From NCBI GenBank assembly GCA_052279835.1, contig CP181291.1, positions 672,001-736,000 of the forward strand: DNA of 64,000 bases, given 5' to 3'. Made by a program: the position numbers and the translations under genes. Below the pieces are notes generated by a model. That model was not told where the DNA came from. It saw only the letters and a list, made by a program, of their open reading frames with translations, and did no database searches. This DNA comes from Microcoleus sp. (lineage in GTDB: Bacteria > Cyanobacteriota > Cyanobacteriia > Cyanobacteriales > Microcoleaceae). Shown piece after piece: positions 53,500 through 63,277 of this stretch; position 1 is the stretch's first letter; each line of letters starts with the position of its first letter.

Positions 53500-54234
53500 T
53501 TGACTAATCTCAAAGTGACACCAACCATCAAAGTAGAAAAAATAGTCTTTGGATATCCACAGCAGAAACCAGTATTGCAAGAAATTTCCTTCACCTTGCA
53601 TCCAGGAGAAAGAGTTGCCCTACTAGGTTTAACCGGCGCTGGAAAAAGCACTTTGTTAGAAAATTTAATTGGCTTAAAAATGCCTCTCTCAGGAGAGATT
53701 AGAGTGAAGGGAACTAAGCTAGAACAAAGTAATTTACCCGAAATACGCCGACAGATTGGATTTTGTTTTCAAGATGCCAACGATCAGCTATTTATGCCAA
53801 CTATATTAGAGGATGTCATGTTCGGGCCGCGCAATTATGGGGTATCAACGGGACTGGCGCGCGATCGAGCTTTAGCCCTATTAGATGAATTTGGTTTGGT
53901 AGAATTTGCCCATCGTTCAGCCCACGAGCTTTCTGGGGGTCAAAGAAGGTTGGCGGCGCTAGCGGCAATTTTAGCATTAGAGCCGGCAATTTTAATCTTA
54001 GATGAGCCGACCAATGGACTCGATCCATCCTGGCGTAGACATTTGGCTAAGGTTTTGTCGCAATTGCCGATCGATGTTATTTTGATCGCTTCCCACGATT
54101 TGAACTGGATTGGGAAGACGACTCAAAGGGCGTTAATTTTGGCTGAGGGTCAGATTCGGGTCGATGAGCAAACTCAAGAATTGCTCAAAGATCGATCGAC
54201 TCTCGAATATTACAATTTGCCGCCAGATTGGTAA
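53500..54234 (+). CDS. cbiO: ECF ATPase
   Basis: GLTGAGKST, FQDANDQLF, LSGGQRR, LDEPTNGLDP. Confidence 0.9.
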   Translation: MTNLKVTPTIKVEKIVFGYPQQKPVLQEISFTLHPGERVALLGLTGAGKSTLLENLIGLKMPLSGEIRVKGTKLEQSNLPEIRRQIGFCFQDANDQLFMPTILEDVMFGPRNYGVSTGLARDRALALLDEFGLVEFAHRSAHELSGGQRRLAALAAILALEPAILILDEPTNGLDPSWRRHLAKVLSQLPIDVILIASHDLNWIGKTTQRALILAEGQIRVDEQTQELLKDRSTLEYYNLPPDW

Positions 54235-54256
54235 TGAGTCATGGGCGTAAGTCCTG

Positions 54257-55261
54257 TTAAAGCTCGAATTTGCGGCAGGTTTCATTATACAAATGAACAG
54301 CTAAATCCCGAATAATTTCTTCATTTTCAAAAGCTGTTCCCAAATTCTGTTTAGTGCGATCGACACAAAGTTTCATCAGTGCGGATGAATTTTCGATATT
54401 AAGTACGATGGCTGGGAGCTTTTGCTCAAAACTTACCTCGCTCCCCTCCAGAATTTCTACAGATTTAAAATTGGTAGATTGCTCTAAATTTTCAGTAATT
54501 TTTTGCTGCTTTCTCTTTTGCACTTCCTCGGAAAAACCCGAAGAAATTATCCCCGCAGGCAAAGCAAAAATTCCAATCCCCAAAAATGCTAACATTGAGC
54601 CTAAAAATCTGCCGATAGGAGTAATCGGATAAATATCGCCGTAACCGACAGTAGTTAGAGTCACGACTCCCCACCACATGGCATCTGGGATGCTCCCAAA
54701 AGATTGAGGCTGGGCTGATGATTCCACAAAATACATCAGACTCGATGCAAAAATTAATAATATAAATACGGCAAAAGCGGTGGCGAATAGTTCTTCTTTT
54801 TTAGCATCTAATACTATTCCCAAAGTTCGCACAGACTCCGAATATCTGCTGATTTTGATTAAGCGTAATAAACGGAGGAGGCTAATTAAATAAACAAAAC
54901 TTAATTTGGGAAATAACAACAATAAATAAAAGGGTAAAATCGAAACAAAGTCAATAAGGCTCAGGGGTGTGAGAGCATATTTGATTCTTCCCCAAAAGGG
55001 GTGGCTGTATTTACTGTCAACAGTACATACCCACATTCTCAAAATATATTCTAGGGAAAATACTAAAGATGAGACTATTTCGATATTTTCAAATATTTTT
55101 TGGTATTCTAGAGAAAACACAGGGGAAGTTGAAGCAATAAAAGCGGTGATATTTAAAACTATTAAAAATTGAATAATAATATCATCTGCTAAGCTGTATA
55201 AATTAGTGCTGCTGGAAATTTCTAAAATTTCATAGATAATTTTTTTAAGTTGTTTACGCAT
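54257..55261 (-). CDS. Voltage-gated-type potassium channel / ion transporter
   Basis: S4-like LLRLLRLIKISR and selectivity filter TTVGYGD. Confidence 0.92.
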   Translation of the reverse strand: MRKQLKKIIYEILEISSSTNLYSLADDIIIQFLIVLNITAFIASTSPVFSLEYQKIFENIEIVSSLVFSLEYILRMWVCTVDSKYSHPFWGRIKYALTPLSLIDFVSILPFYLLLLFPKLSFVYLISLLRLLRLIKISRYSESVRTLGIVLDAKKEELFATAFAVFILLIFASSLMYFVESSAQPQSFGSIPDAMWWGVVTLTTVGYGDIYPITPIGRFLGSMLAFLGIGIFALPAGIISSGFSEEVQKRKQQKITENLEQSTNFKSVEILEGSEVSFEQKLPAIVLNIENSSALMKLCVDRTKQNLGTAFENEEIIRDLAVHLYNETCRKFEL

Positions 55262-55414
55262 TAGTTTATCTCCTAGGTGATGGCTGGTTAAAGCTAAAAG
55301 AAGATAGTCCTGGACGCAAAAGCCCGGTTTCTTCAGGTAATTGCGTGATTTTTGAGTGAAGATGAGAACCAGAAACCGGGTTGTTCTGCTCGATCGCGTC
55401 TAGGACTGGAAGTG

Positions 55415-55771
55415 TTAAATTGAGAGAGCAATACTAATCACAATTAAAGCTAATAAAGCTAACCAAACTTGATGTCGCTGACACCAATTTTTGGCCGCTC
55501 TTTGCCAGCCACCGCTGATGTCAGGGGTCGCCTGGGGTACGATTGGTTGCGCCTTGTTGTGATAAAGGGTGCACTCTTGGGCGAAGGGACGCTGGGGATA
55601 GTTGCAGGTGTCGTCTTCGTGGTATGTACAGGTGGTACATAAAAATTCTTGGGGTTTCGATCGATAAAGGGGTATACCGGGATGTCCGAAAGCTTTGAGA
55701 GGGGTTTTGCAGTGTCCACAGGTGATGGCTTGGGTGTCCACGGGTAGGTGACAGCGAGGGCAATCTGGCAT
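55415..55771 (-). CDS. Cys-rich zinc-ribbon protein with C-terminal TM helix
   Basis: CPRC, CGHC, CTTC…C…C, hydrophobic tail. Confidence 0.75.
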   Translation of the reverse strand: MPDCPRCHLPVDTQAITCGHCKTPLKAFGHPGIPLYRSKPQEFLCTTCTYHEDDTCNYPQRPFAQECTLYHNKAQPIVPQATPDISGGWQRAAKNWCQRHQVWLALLALIVISIALSI

Positions 55772-56093
55772 TGACTTTGCTGGTGATGGGATAGGTTACA
55801 GGTAGGTAGATTAGGGGGTTTTCCGCACGCCCATGGGTGGATTAGACTCGCCAGCAGGGGCTGGGATGCTCCAAAATAGAAAGGTATGTCAGCGCTGATG
55901 TAACTTTAAGTTTACGCGGTTGGGGCATCGACCGCTAAGTTAGGCAATGTTAGACAGGCTCAGCCTGCAATTGCTGGCTGAGCTTAGAATCCCCTCGCCT
56001 TGATAGCTGGGGAGTATGTCAATAATGGTTTCGCAGCTTTGGCAGGTGACTTGAGTCGATCGCATCTTTTGAGGCAAACAGTAGGAAAAATCT

Positions 56094-56420
56094 ATGGATA
56101 ACAATAACAACTTACTCAAACAACTGGTGATGTTGGGCATTGGTACTACCTCCCTGGTGGCTGAGAAATTGCAGGAAGTCAGCGAGCAATGGGTTAAAGA
56201 TGGCAAAATCAATCCTGAGCAAGCTCAAACCTTTGTGGAGGACATGACGGAGCACCTTAAGTCCGAGCAGGGGAATTGGGAGACGCAGTTGCAGCGGCAA
56301 ATGCGGAATATGCTGCAAGATATGGGTGTGCCACGACAGTCGGAAATGGATGAGTTGCGTGGTAGGCTCGATCGACTCGAACGTCAGGTGAGGGATTTAG
56401 AAAATCGTCACTGGCGTTGA
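56094..56420 (+). CDS. Phasin-family / polyhydroxyalkanoate-granule-associated-like protein
   Basis: MLGIG…WVKDGKI…EMDELRGRLDRLE coiled coil. Confidence 0.75.
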   Translation: MDNNNNLLKQLVMLGIGTTSLVAEKLQEVSEQWVKDGKINPEQAQTFVEDMTEHLKSEQGNWETQLQRQMRNMLQDMGVPRQSEMDELRGRLDRLERQVRDLENRHWR

Positions 56421-56642
56421 GTTTGGTGTGGTGGGGCTGTTCCCTGCTATCCTGTGATAGGACGATCGCCCGAAGGTAGAGTGCTCGCAAAGGTAGAAAG
56501 TAGAATTAACAACTTTCTACCTTCTGAATTCATACTTCTGTCTGAAGAATGAGTTTGCATCCGCCGTCTTTTTGCAGCGGAAAGATTTTTGGGTTTTGAG
56601 CTGGTTTCGAGAAATAATTCTTGAATGTAAGGAGGATTAATT

Positions 56643-57239
56643 TTGCAAGGAGTTCTAGTCAGCTTGGGAGTAATGCTGGTTTGTGTTTTGTTTTTGATAG
56701 TCGCTCAATTTAGCGGTTCTGGGGAAAAAGCCATAGCCGCCGAAGTGAAGAGTTCTTTACCCCAGACTGCGATTGAGATCTTGTCTGAGCAGTCTTTAAA
56801 TGAAAATAGTCTCCTAGTAGCTGATGCTACTTTACCGAATGTATCACCTACTAACGATGGGAATAATATGACTGAAAATACTGAGAAAACTGAGAAGATT
56901 GTCACCACAGATTCAGGTTTGAAATATGTTGAATTAAAAGAGGGTGACGGGGCGACTCCCAAAAATGGTCAGACGGTTGTGGTGCACTATACTGGCACTT
57001 TGGAGGATGGCACGAAATTTGATAGTTCGCGCGATCGCAATTCTCCTTTCCAGTTCAAAATTGGTGTCGGCCAAGTGATTAAGGGTTGGGATGAAGGTGT
57101 GGGTACAATGAAAGTTGGAGACCGACGCCAGTTGATTATTCCTCCCGATTTGGGTTACGGTGCTCGTGGTGCTGGTGGGGTGATTCCTCCCAATGCAACG
57201 CTAATTTTTGATGTGGAATTGTTGAAGATTTCTGGTTAA
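56643..57239 (+). CDS. FKBP-type peptidyl-prolyl cis-trans isomerase
   Basis: [50 protein letters not shown] before the TTG start. Confidence 0.95.
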   Translation: MQGVLVSLGVMLVCVLFLIVAQFSGSGEKAIAAEVKSSLPQTAIEILSEQSLNENSLLVADATLPNVSPTNDGNNMTENTEKTEKIVTTDSGLKYVELKEGDGATPKNGQTVVVHYTGTLEDGTKFDSSRDRNSPFQFKIGVGQVIKGWDEGVGTMKVGDRRQLIIPPDLGYGARGAGGVIPPNATLIFDVELLKISG

Positions 57240-57510
57240 GTAGCTGAATTTAATTCAACGTAAAACTTTTTTTTACGCTGTTGAGAAACCCGGTTTTTTT
57301 AAGGAACCGGGTTTCTTGAATTTAGAGCTTTTGGCTAGGTTATGAACAGGGAAGATGCCTATTGCACAAAGAGTTTATAAGTAAATCCACTTAATTAAAC
57401 GTAAAATACGGATGACCGAAAAGCTGACTGCATAAGTCTTCTTCCTTCTTCCTGAATTTCCCCTCTTGGGGGGGGCAGGGGGGGTGACTTCTTCCTTCTT
57501 CCTTCTACTT

Positions 57511-57612
57511 ATCAATTCCTATCTTCATCGGAATTATTCATTTCTCTCCGCTCTCTCTGTGTTCTCTGTGTTCTCTGTGGTTCAATCATTCCGATGCAAC
57601 GGTCAAGGATAT
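57511..57612 (+). mobile_element. ~100-bp MITE-like dispersed element, copy C
   Basis: catcggaattattc…ctctgtgttctctgtgttctctgtgg…tcattccgatg, homologous to copies A and B. Confidence 0.65.
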
Positions 57613-57634
57613 TACAAACATGGATATGTTGCGA

Positions 57635-58957
57635 TTAACTTCGTCTTGCTTGCAGATTTAAGAATTTTGTTACCTGACCATCGAATAATAATTTAATCAC
57701 ACCTGTAGGGCCGTTTCTGTGTTTGGTAATAATGACTTCTGCAATGCCGCGATCGGGGGTATCTGGATTATAATACTCATCACGGTACAACATAATTACT
57801 AAATCGGCGTCTTGTTCGATACTTCCACTTTCCCGCAAATCAGACATCATCGGCCGCTTATTTGTCCGCGCTTCTACACCTCGACTCAACTGAGATAAGG
57901 CAATAATTGGTACGCTGAGTTCGCGGGCTAAACCTTTGAGGCTTCTGGTAATTCGAGATAGTTCTTGGACGCGATTGTCGCTGCTACCTTCCATTAATTG
58001 TAAGTAATCTAGCAGGATTAATCCTAGGGTTCCGCCTTGTTCTGCTTGAAGGCGACGGGCTTTTGAGCGAATTTCTGTCACTGTAATATTAGGAGTGTCA
58101 TCAATAAACATTGGCAATTCTGAGAGGCGGCCAATAGCTGTACTGATGGGTTCCCATTCGTTTTGACTAATTCTGCCCGATCGCAATCGATTACTTTCTA
58201 TTCTAGCTTCACCGGACAAAATGCGCTGCACTAGCTGTTCTTTTGACATTTCTAGGCTAAAAATGGCAACCGGCAATTTTTGCGACCCGGCGGCGATGTG
58301 GTGGGCGATGTTGGTACAAAAGGCCGTTTTGCCCATGGCCGGGCGCCCAGCAACGATGATTAAATCCGATCGCTGAAAGCCTCCTGTCATAGCATCTAAG
58401 TCATAAAAACCGCATGGAATACCGGGAAGTGTGAGTCCTTCATTGCGGTTTTCGAGGTCTTGAAATGTCTGATTTAGGGTTTCGCCGATGGATACTAAAT
58501 CTTGTTGGGGACGTTCTTGAGTTATGCTAAAAATCTGTTGTTCAGCGCGGTCTAAAACTGTTTCTAAAGGTGTCGCTGTCTCGTAACCTAATTGTACGAT
58601 GTTGTTACCGGCTTCGATTAATTTCCGTCGCTGGTATTTGTCTTCTACTAAGACGGCATATTGATCGATGTTGACAGCAGAAACGGTGCGATCGACTAAT
58701 TGTGCTAGTTTGCTTTGTCCTCCTATTTGTTCTAACTGATTGCGATCGGCTAATCGAGTAGTAACTGTCATTAAATCCGTAGGCTGACCTTGAAAAAACA
58801 AGTCTAAAGCCGAGCGATAAATGACTTGATGAGCGCTGATGGCAAAAAATTCAGGACGCAAAAGTTCAGCAATTCGAGAAATGGCTTCGGGGTCAATTAA
58901 AATCCCGCCCAGAATTGCTTCTTCTGCCTCTACATTTGTTGGCATCAAGTCGCTCAT
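57635..58957 (-). CDS. dnaB: Replicative DNA helicase (intein-free)
   Basis: AGRPAMGKT, FSLEMS, LDYLQLM, LSQLSR, DLRESGSIEQDAD, KHRNGP. Confidence 0.97.
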   Translation of the reverse strand: MSDLMPTNVEAEEAILGGILIDPEAISRIAELLRPEFFAISAHQVIYRSALDLFFQGQPTDLMTVTTRLADRNQLEQIGGQSKLAQLVDRTVSAVNIDQYAVLVEDKYQRRKLIEAGNNIVQLGYETATPLETVLDRAEQQIFSITQERPQQDLVSIGETLNQTFQDLENRNEGLTLPGIPCGFYDLDAMTGGFQRSDLIIVAGRPAMGKTAFCTNIAHHIAAGSQKLPVAIFSLEMSKEQLVQRILSGEARIESNRLRSGRISQNEWEPISTAIGRLSELPMFIDDTPNITVTEIRSKARRLQAEQGGTLGLILLDYLQLMEGSSDNRVQELSRITRSLKGLARELSVPIIALSQLSRGVEARTNKRPMMSDLRESGSIEQDADLVIMLYRDEYYNPDTPDRGIAEVIITKHRNGPTGVIKLLFDGQVTKFLNLQARRS

Positions 58958-58964
58958 TAGTTAT

Positions 58965-59103
58965 GGGGAATTGGGAATGGGGAATGGGGAATTGGGAATT
59001 GGGAATTGGCAATGGGTTATCCGTTACTAGCTTGGGGCTGCCAATGCCCAATGCCATCCCCCCTTGGGGGGGGTTGCCCAATCCCCAATACCCAATACCC
59101 AAT
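58965..59103. repeat. Inverted heptamer arrays (GGGAATT… / CCCAATA…) with a CCCCCCTTGGGGGG core
   Basis: Visible between rplI and dnaB. Confidence 0.8.
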
Positions 59104-59562
59104 TACATAGGAATAACTTGAATTTCAACTTCAGCGGCAACTTCTGCGTGTAATTTGATTTCAGCTTTATAAGTACCAGTTTCCCGAATTTCCGGCAGGG
59201 AGATGCCACGGCGATCGACTTCTTGACTGGTAGAGTTGAAAATCAGTTTCTGCTACTTCTTGGTTGGTAACAGTACCAAAAATAGCGTTTCCTTCGCCGA
59301 CTTGCTTGGAGATGATGAAGGGACCTGCTGCTTCCAGCGCTGTTTTACGGACTTCAGCTTGCTGCTTGAGCTCTAGCTGGCGGAGTCTTTCTGTTTCTCT
59401 GCGACGTTCTGCTTGCTTGAGAATGCCCGGAGTGGCCCGAAATCCCATGCCTTGGGGTACTAGGTAGTTGCGGGCGTAACCGGGGGCTACTTCTACGACG
59501 TCGCCAGCTTTACCGAGCTTGCTGACATCTTTATTTAAAACTAATTGGACGCGCTTGGCCAT
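59103..59562 (-). CDS. rplI: 50S ribosomal protein L9 with a 1-nt insertion frameshift (probable sequencing error)
   Basis: [19 protein letters not shown] and FGTVT. Removing one base from the run at 59247-59249 restores …[50 protein letters not shown] (152 aa). Confidence 0.92.
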
Positions 59563-59659
59563 GATCTTTGCTAGTGGTTTTTAACTCGAACATTCTATAA
59601 TACCGAAGTTTGAGTGGCGATCGCAAGCAGTAAGGAAAAAGCAAACAGGACCTCCATAC

Positions 59660-60433
59660 TCAAAATCGCTCTTTCATACCGCGCAAGCGCGCGAAGGTTT
59701 GCACGGAATCCTGGCTTTGGGTGGCCGATTGAATACTAGGATAATCCCAGCGCAAAAATGGGTTGGTACTTTTTTCGAGTGCGATCGATGATGGTATCGT
59801 GGCTTGATTACGGCTGCGGGCCGCCTTGACTTCGGCGAAACGCTTCTGTAACTCTAGATTGTCACTATCTACAGTCAGGGCAAATTGCAGATTATTGAGG
59901 GTATATTCGTGGGCACACCAGACTCTAGTATTATCTGGCAGGTTTCGCAGTTGTTCCAGGGAACCTACCATCTGACTGGGAGTACCTTCTTTGAGTCTGC
60001 CACAGCCTCCGCCAAATAGGGTGTCACCGCAGAACAATTCTCCGGTTTCGGCTGGGTTGTTGGGCCGGAAATAGTAGGCGATGTGGGCTTTTGTGTGTCC
60101 GGGTAGAAATAAGATAGAGGCGGTTCTGTCTGCGAAAGAAACTTGATCGCCCCCTTGTAAAAAGATTTGCTGTCCCGGAATTCTGCCCCTGTCTTCTGCG
60201 CCACCGTAGACTTTAACTAGGGGGAAGCGATCGATCAGTTCCAGGTTGCCACCTATATGGTCGTTGTGGTGGTGGGTAATCAAAATTTTGGTTAATTCGG
60301 CTCCCAGTGCTTGGAGTTGCCGCAAGACAGGGTTGGCTTGGGCTGGATCGATGACTGCTGCTAGATTGCGATCGCGATCGTGCAGCAAAAAAATGTAATT
60401 ATCCGACAGTACGGGAAGTCGATAAACTTGCAT
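59660..60433 (-). CDS. gloB: Hydroxyacylglutathione hydrolase (glyoxalase II)
   Basis: [48 protein letters not shown] at 60433. Confidence 0.95.
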   Translation of the reverse strand: MQVYRLPVLSDNYIFLLHDRDRNLAAVIDPAQANPVLRQLQALGAELTKILITHHHNDHIGGNLELIDRFPLVKVYGGAEDRGRIPGQQIFLQGGDQVSFADRTASILFLPGHTKAHIAYYFRPNNPAETGELFCGDTLFGGGCGRLKEGTPSQMVGSLEQLRNLPDNTRVWCAHEYTLNNLQFALTVDSDNLELQKRFAEVKAARSRNQATIPSSIALEKSTNPFLRWDYPSIQSATQSQDSVQTFARLRGMKERF

Positions 60434-60569
60434 ATAGCGTTTCTCCAATAAATTAGTTAGTCTTGGGCATAGGGCATCAGGCATCCTGCACTTTTGCTTA
60501 GCTTGTGCTGAGCTTAGTCCAATTGCGCAGTCTAAGCATCCGCCATCGGAATAGTTAATCTTTTCCTTC

Positions 60570-60778
60570 CTTCTTCCTGAATTTCCCCCCAAGGAGGGTA
60601 ACTTCTTCCTGAATTTCCCCCCAAGGAGGGTAACTTCTTCCTGAATTTCCCCCCTTGGGGGGGGTAGGGGGGGGTAACTTCTTCCTTCTTCCTTCTTCCT
60701 TCTTCCTTCTTCCTTCTTCCTTCTTCCTTCTTCCTTCTTCCTTCTTCCTTCTTCCTTCTTCCTTCTTCCTTCTTCCTT
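60570..60778. repeat. 32-nt tandem repeat, CCCCCCTTGGGGGG element and (CTTCCTT)n array
   Basis: cttcttcctgaatttccccccaaggagggtaa twice plus a variant third copy, then about 14 heptamers; no spacers. Confidence 0.9.
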
Positions 60779-60787
60779 GATAATAAT

Positions 60788-60991
60788 ATGCGAACATCTC
60801 AGAACAAATCAAACTTAACACTCACTCAAATGGTGGATCGAATTTTAGCATCGGGCAAGCTCGCCCGCCGGGAACATTTAATACTAACTTCGGCCATCCT
60901 GTCCAACGAGAAAATTTCCGAAGACGAACGATATCAAATAAATCGAATATTTGATTACATTCAAATTGGTCGCCTCAAGTTTATTGATTGA
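60788..60991 (+). CDS. Small conserved cyanobacterial hypothetical protein
   Basis: [15 protein letters not shown]…[14 protein letters not shown] pattern; same orientation as galE. Confidence 0.65.
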   Translation: MRTSQNKSNLTLTQMVDRILASGKLARREHLILTSAILSNEKISEDERYQINRIFDYIQIGRLKFID

Positions 60992-61051
60992 ACTTGTTGT
61001 AAATTCATCATATAATCAACACAGGTAGTAAAACAAAAAAGGGAGAAAAAA

Positions 61052-62050
61052 ATGAGTGTAGACCAAGGAACTATTTTAGTGACCGGGGGAGCTGGATATA
61101 TTGGCTCTCACGCCGTCTTGGCACTAAAACACGCAGGTTACAACGTGTTAATTTTGGATAATTTAGTTTACGGTCATAGTGATTTAGTAGACCAGGTATT
61201 AAAGGTTGAATTGGTAGTAGGAGATACCAACGATCGCGCCCTACTAGACAAAATATTTGCTACTCACAATATTGCTGCCGTCATGCACTTTTCTGCCTAT
61301 GCTTATGTGGGCGAGTCCGTGACTGACCCAGCTAAATATTACCGTAACAATGTCATCGGTACTATTACTCTTTTAGAAGCCATGATAGCTGCTGGAGTGA
61401 AAAAAATTGTATTTTCTTCTACCTGCGCCACTTACGGAGTACCGCAGAAAATTCCCCTCACAGAAGACCACCCACAGCATCCGATCAACCCCTACGGTAC
61501 TACTAAGTTAATGGTAGAACAGATCTTATCAGATTTTGATACTGCTTACAATTTTAAGTCTGTTTGTTTCCGCTATTTTAATGCTGCCGGTGCCGATCCG
61601 AGTGGGTTGTTGGGAGAGGATCACAACCCAGAAACTCACCTGATTCCCCTAGTGTTGCTGACTGCTTTGGACAAGCGAGATTCTATTTCAATTTTTGGTA
61701 CAGATTATGATACTCCTGACGGTACTTGCATTCGAGATTACATTCATGTTAACGATTTAGCATCTGCTCATCTTTTAGGATTAGAATATTTGTTAAATGG
61801 TGGAAAATCCGATGTCTTTAATTTAGGCAACGGCGGCGGTTTTTCCGTAAAAGAGGTGATAGAAGCTGCGAGGGAAGTGACTGGAAAAGAGATTAAGACT
61901 GTTGAGTGCGATCGACGTCCGGGAGACCCTCCTGCTTTAGTTGGTAGCAGCGAGAAAGCCATTAAAACATTAGGTTGGTCTCCTGAATATCCACATATTA
62001 AGGATATTATATCCCATGCTTGGGAATGGCACAAAAAACGCCACTCCTAG
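61052..62050 (+). CDS. galE: UDP-glucose 4-epimerase
   Basis: TGGAGYIGSH, FSSTCATYG, YGTTK, RYFNAAGA, RDYIHV. Confidence 0.95.
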   Translation: MSVDQGTILVTGGAGYIGSHAVLALKHAGYNVLILDNLVYGHSDLVDQVLKVELVVGDTNDRALLDKIFATHNIAAVMHFSAYAYVGESVTDPAKYYRNNVIGTITLLEAMIAAGVKKIVFSSTCATYGVPQKIPLTEDHPQHPINPYGTTKLMVEQILSDFDTAYNFKSVCFRYFNAAGADPSGLLGEDHNPETHLIPLVLLTALDKRDSISIFGTDYDTPDGTCIRDYIHVNDLASAHLLGLEYLLNGGKSDVFNLGNGGGFSVKEVIEAAREVTGKEIKTVECDRRPGDPPALVGSSEKAIKTLGWSPEYPHIKDIISHAWEWHKKRHS

Positions 62051-62242
62051 GCAAGCATTACTTAAATAATCGGGGAAAAAATCTCTCCAACTCCCCCTTT
62101 TTTTTACCCTTGGGGCACGGCGATTTCATTCTCAGGCGTTGGGTAGGCCCTACCAGAAAATGATGATTTTGTAGGCGTAGTGGATGGTGCGTGCCTCCCT
62201 CCCCATCTACTACAAGCGAGATTTATCAGGGGTTTCAGTAGT

Positions 62243-63166
62243 ATGCTAATCATATCTGCTAAATCGGGACAACTTGGGAACAGACTGCTACTTTTTGCTA
62301 ATTTCATCGCTGTGGCGATCGAGCATAATTTAACAGTCCTCAATCCGGCTTTTGAGGAATATGCAGAATTTTTTGTGGGTACAGCTCGCGATTTTTTGTG
62401 TTGTTATCCTGCTCCATCTTTTACCTTACCAGGCAACAAATTCATCAGAAATAAATATTATAAAATAATTAAGTATTTAAACAATAAAACAATATGGAAG
62501 ACGCAAGAAATAACCAGAGAAAAACCTTTTAATTGGGTGAATCATCAGGATTCAGACACACTCAAGTACAATTCTACTATTTGTTTTCAAGGCTGGCTAT
62601 TTCGAGATGGGTGGTTTGTAGAAGATTTGCCAAAATTACACAAGTACGCTGACCCAATTCGAGCCTACTTTGCACCCTTACAGCCATATAAAATTAATGT
62701 AGATAGTTTGATATTGAATGTAAAAAATAACGCAGATATAATCATCGGAGTTCATATTCGTCAAGGCGATTACGAACACCACCAAAAAGGGAGATACTTT
62801 TACAAAACAGAGCAATATTTAGAAGTCATGACTTCAGTAGTCAAACTATTTGCAACTAAGCAAGTAAATTTTTTGATTTGCTCTAATCTTCACCAAGAAC
62901 CTAGTTTATTTTATAATTTTAACTGCGTTTTTGCCAAGGGTAATTTAATCGAAGATATGTATGCTTTGGCAGAGTGTGACTATATTGTCGGGCCACCTAG
63001 CAGTTATACTATGTGGGCTTCGTTTTACGGCGAAAAACCTCTTTACATGATAAGAGATATCAGTCAAACAATTAGTTTGAAGGATTTTGTGCATTTTTAT
63101 GAATGGCAAGGAATTTTCCATTATCAAGATAACTGGAGCGAGAGTTTTTGGGAGTGGACGCACTGA
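62243..63166 (+). CDS. GT11-like (alpha-1,2-fucosyltransferase-like) glycosyltransferase
   Basis: GQLGNRL, GVHIRQGDY, DMYALAECDYIV…SSYTMWAS. ATG at 62243. Confidence 0.8.
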   Translation: MLIISAKSGQLGNRLLLFANFIAVAIEHNLTVLNPAFEEYAEFFVGTARDFLCCYPAPSFTLPGNKFIRNKYYKIIKYLNNKTIWKTQEITREKPFNWVNHQDSDTLKYNSTICFQGWLFRDGWFVEDLPKLHKYADPIRAYFAPLQPYKINVDSLILNVKNNADIIIGVHIRQGDYEHHQKGRYFYKTEQYLEVMTSVVKLFATKQVNFLICSNLHQEPSLFYNFNCVFAKGNLIEDMYALAECDYIVGPPSSYTMWASFYGEKPLYMIRDISQTISLKDFVHFYEWQGIFHYQDNWSESFWEWTH

Positions 63167-63277
63167 GGTAAGCTGCTACCTATCTCCCGTGTCTGTTAAT
63201 TCTAGAAAGCGGCAAGGAGAGGGGAAGAGGTAGAAAGATTTATACTATTTTTATAAGGGTATAAGTTTATAATTAAA

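Noticed and set aside
57635..58957. Intein in dnaB
   Set aside because: RESGSIEQD is contiguous and the 440-aa length is normal.
60570..60680. 32-nt direct repeats as a possible CRISPR array
   Set aside because: Units are contiguous with no unique spacers, are built from local dispersed repeats, and no cas genes are present.
60555..60821. ORFs rich in GRRKKEE (also 43799-44098) and WELG (58839-59209)
   Set aside because: Translations of heptameric tandem repeats.
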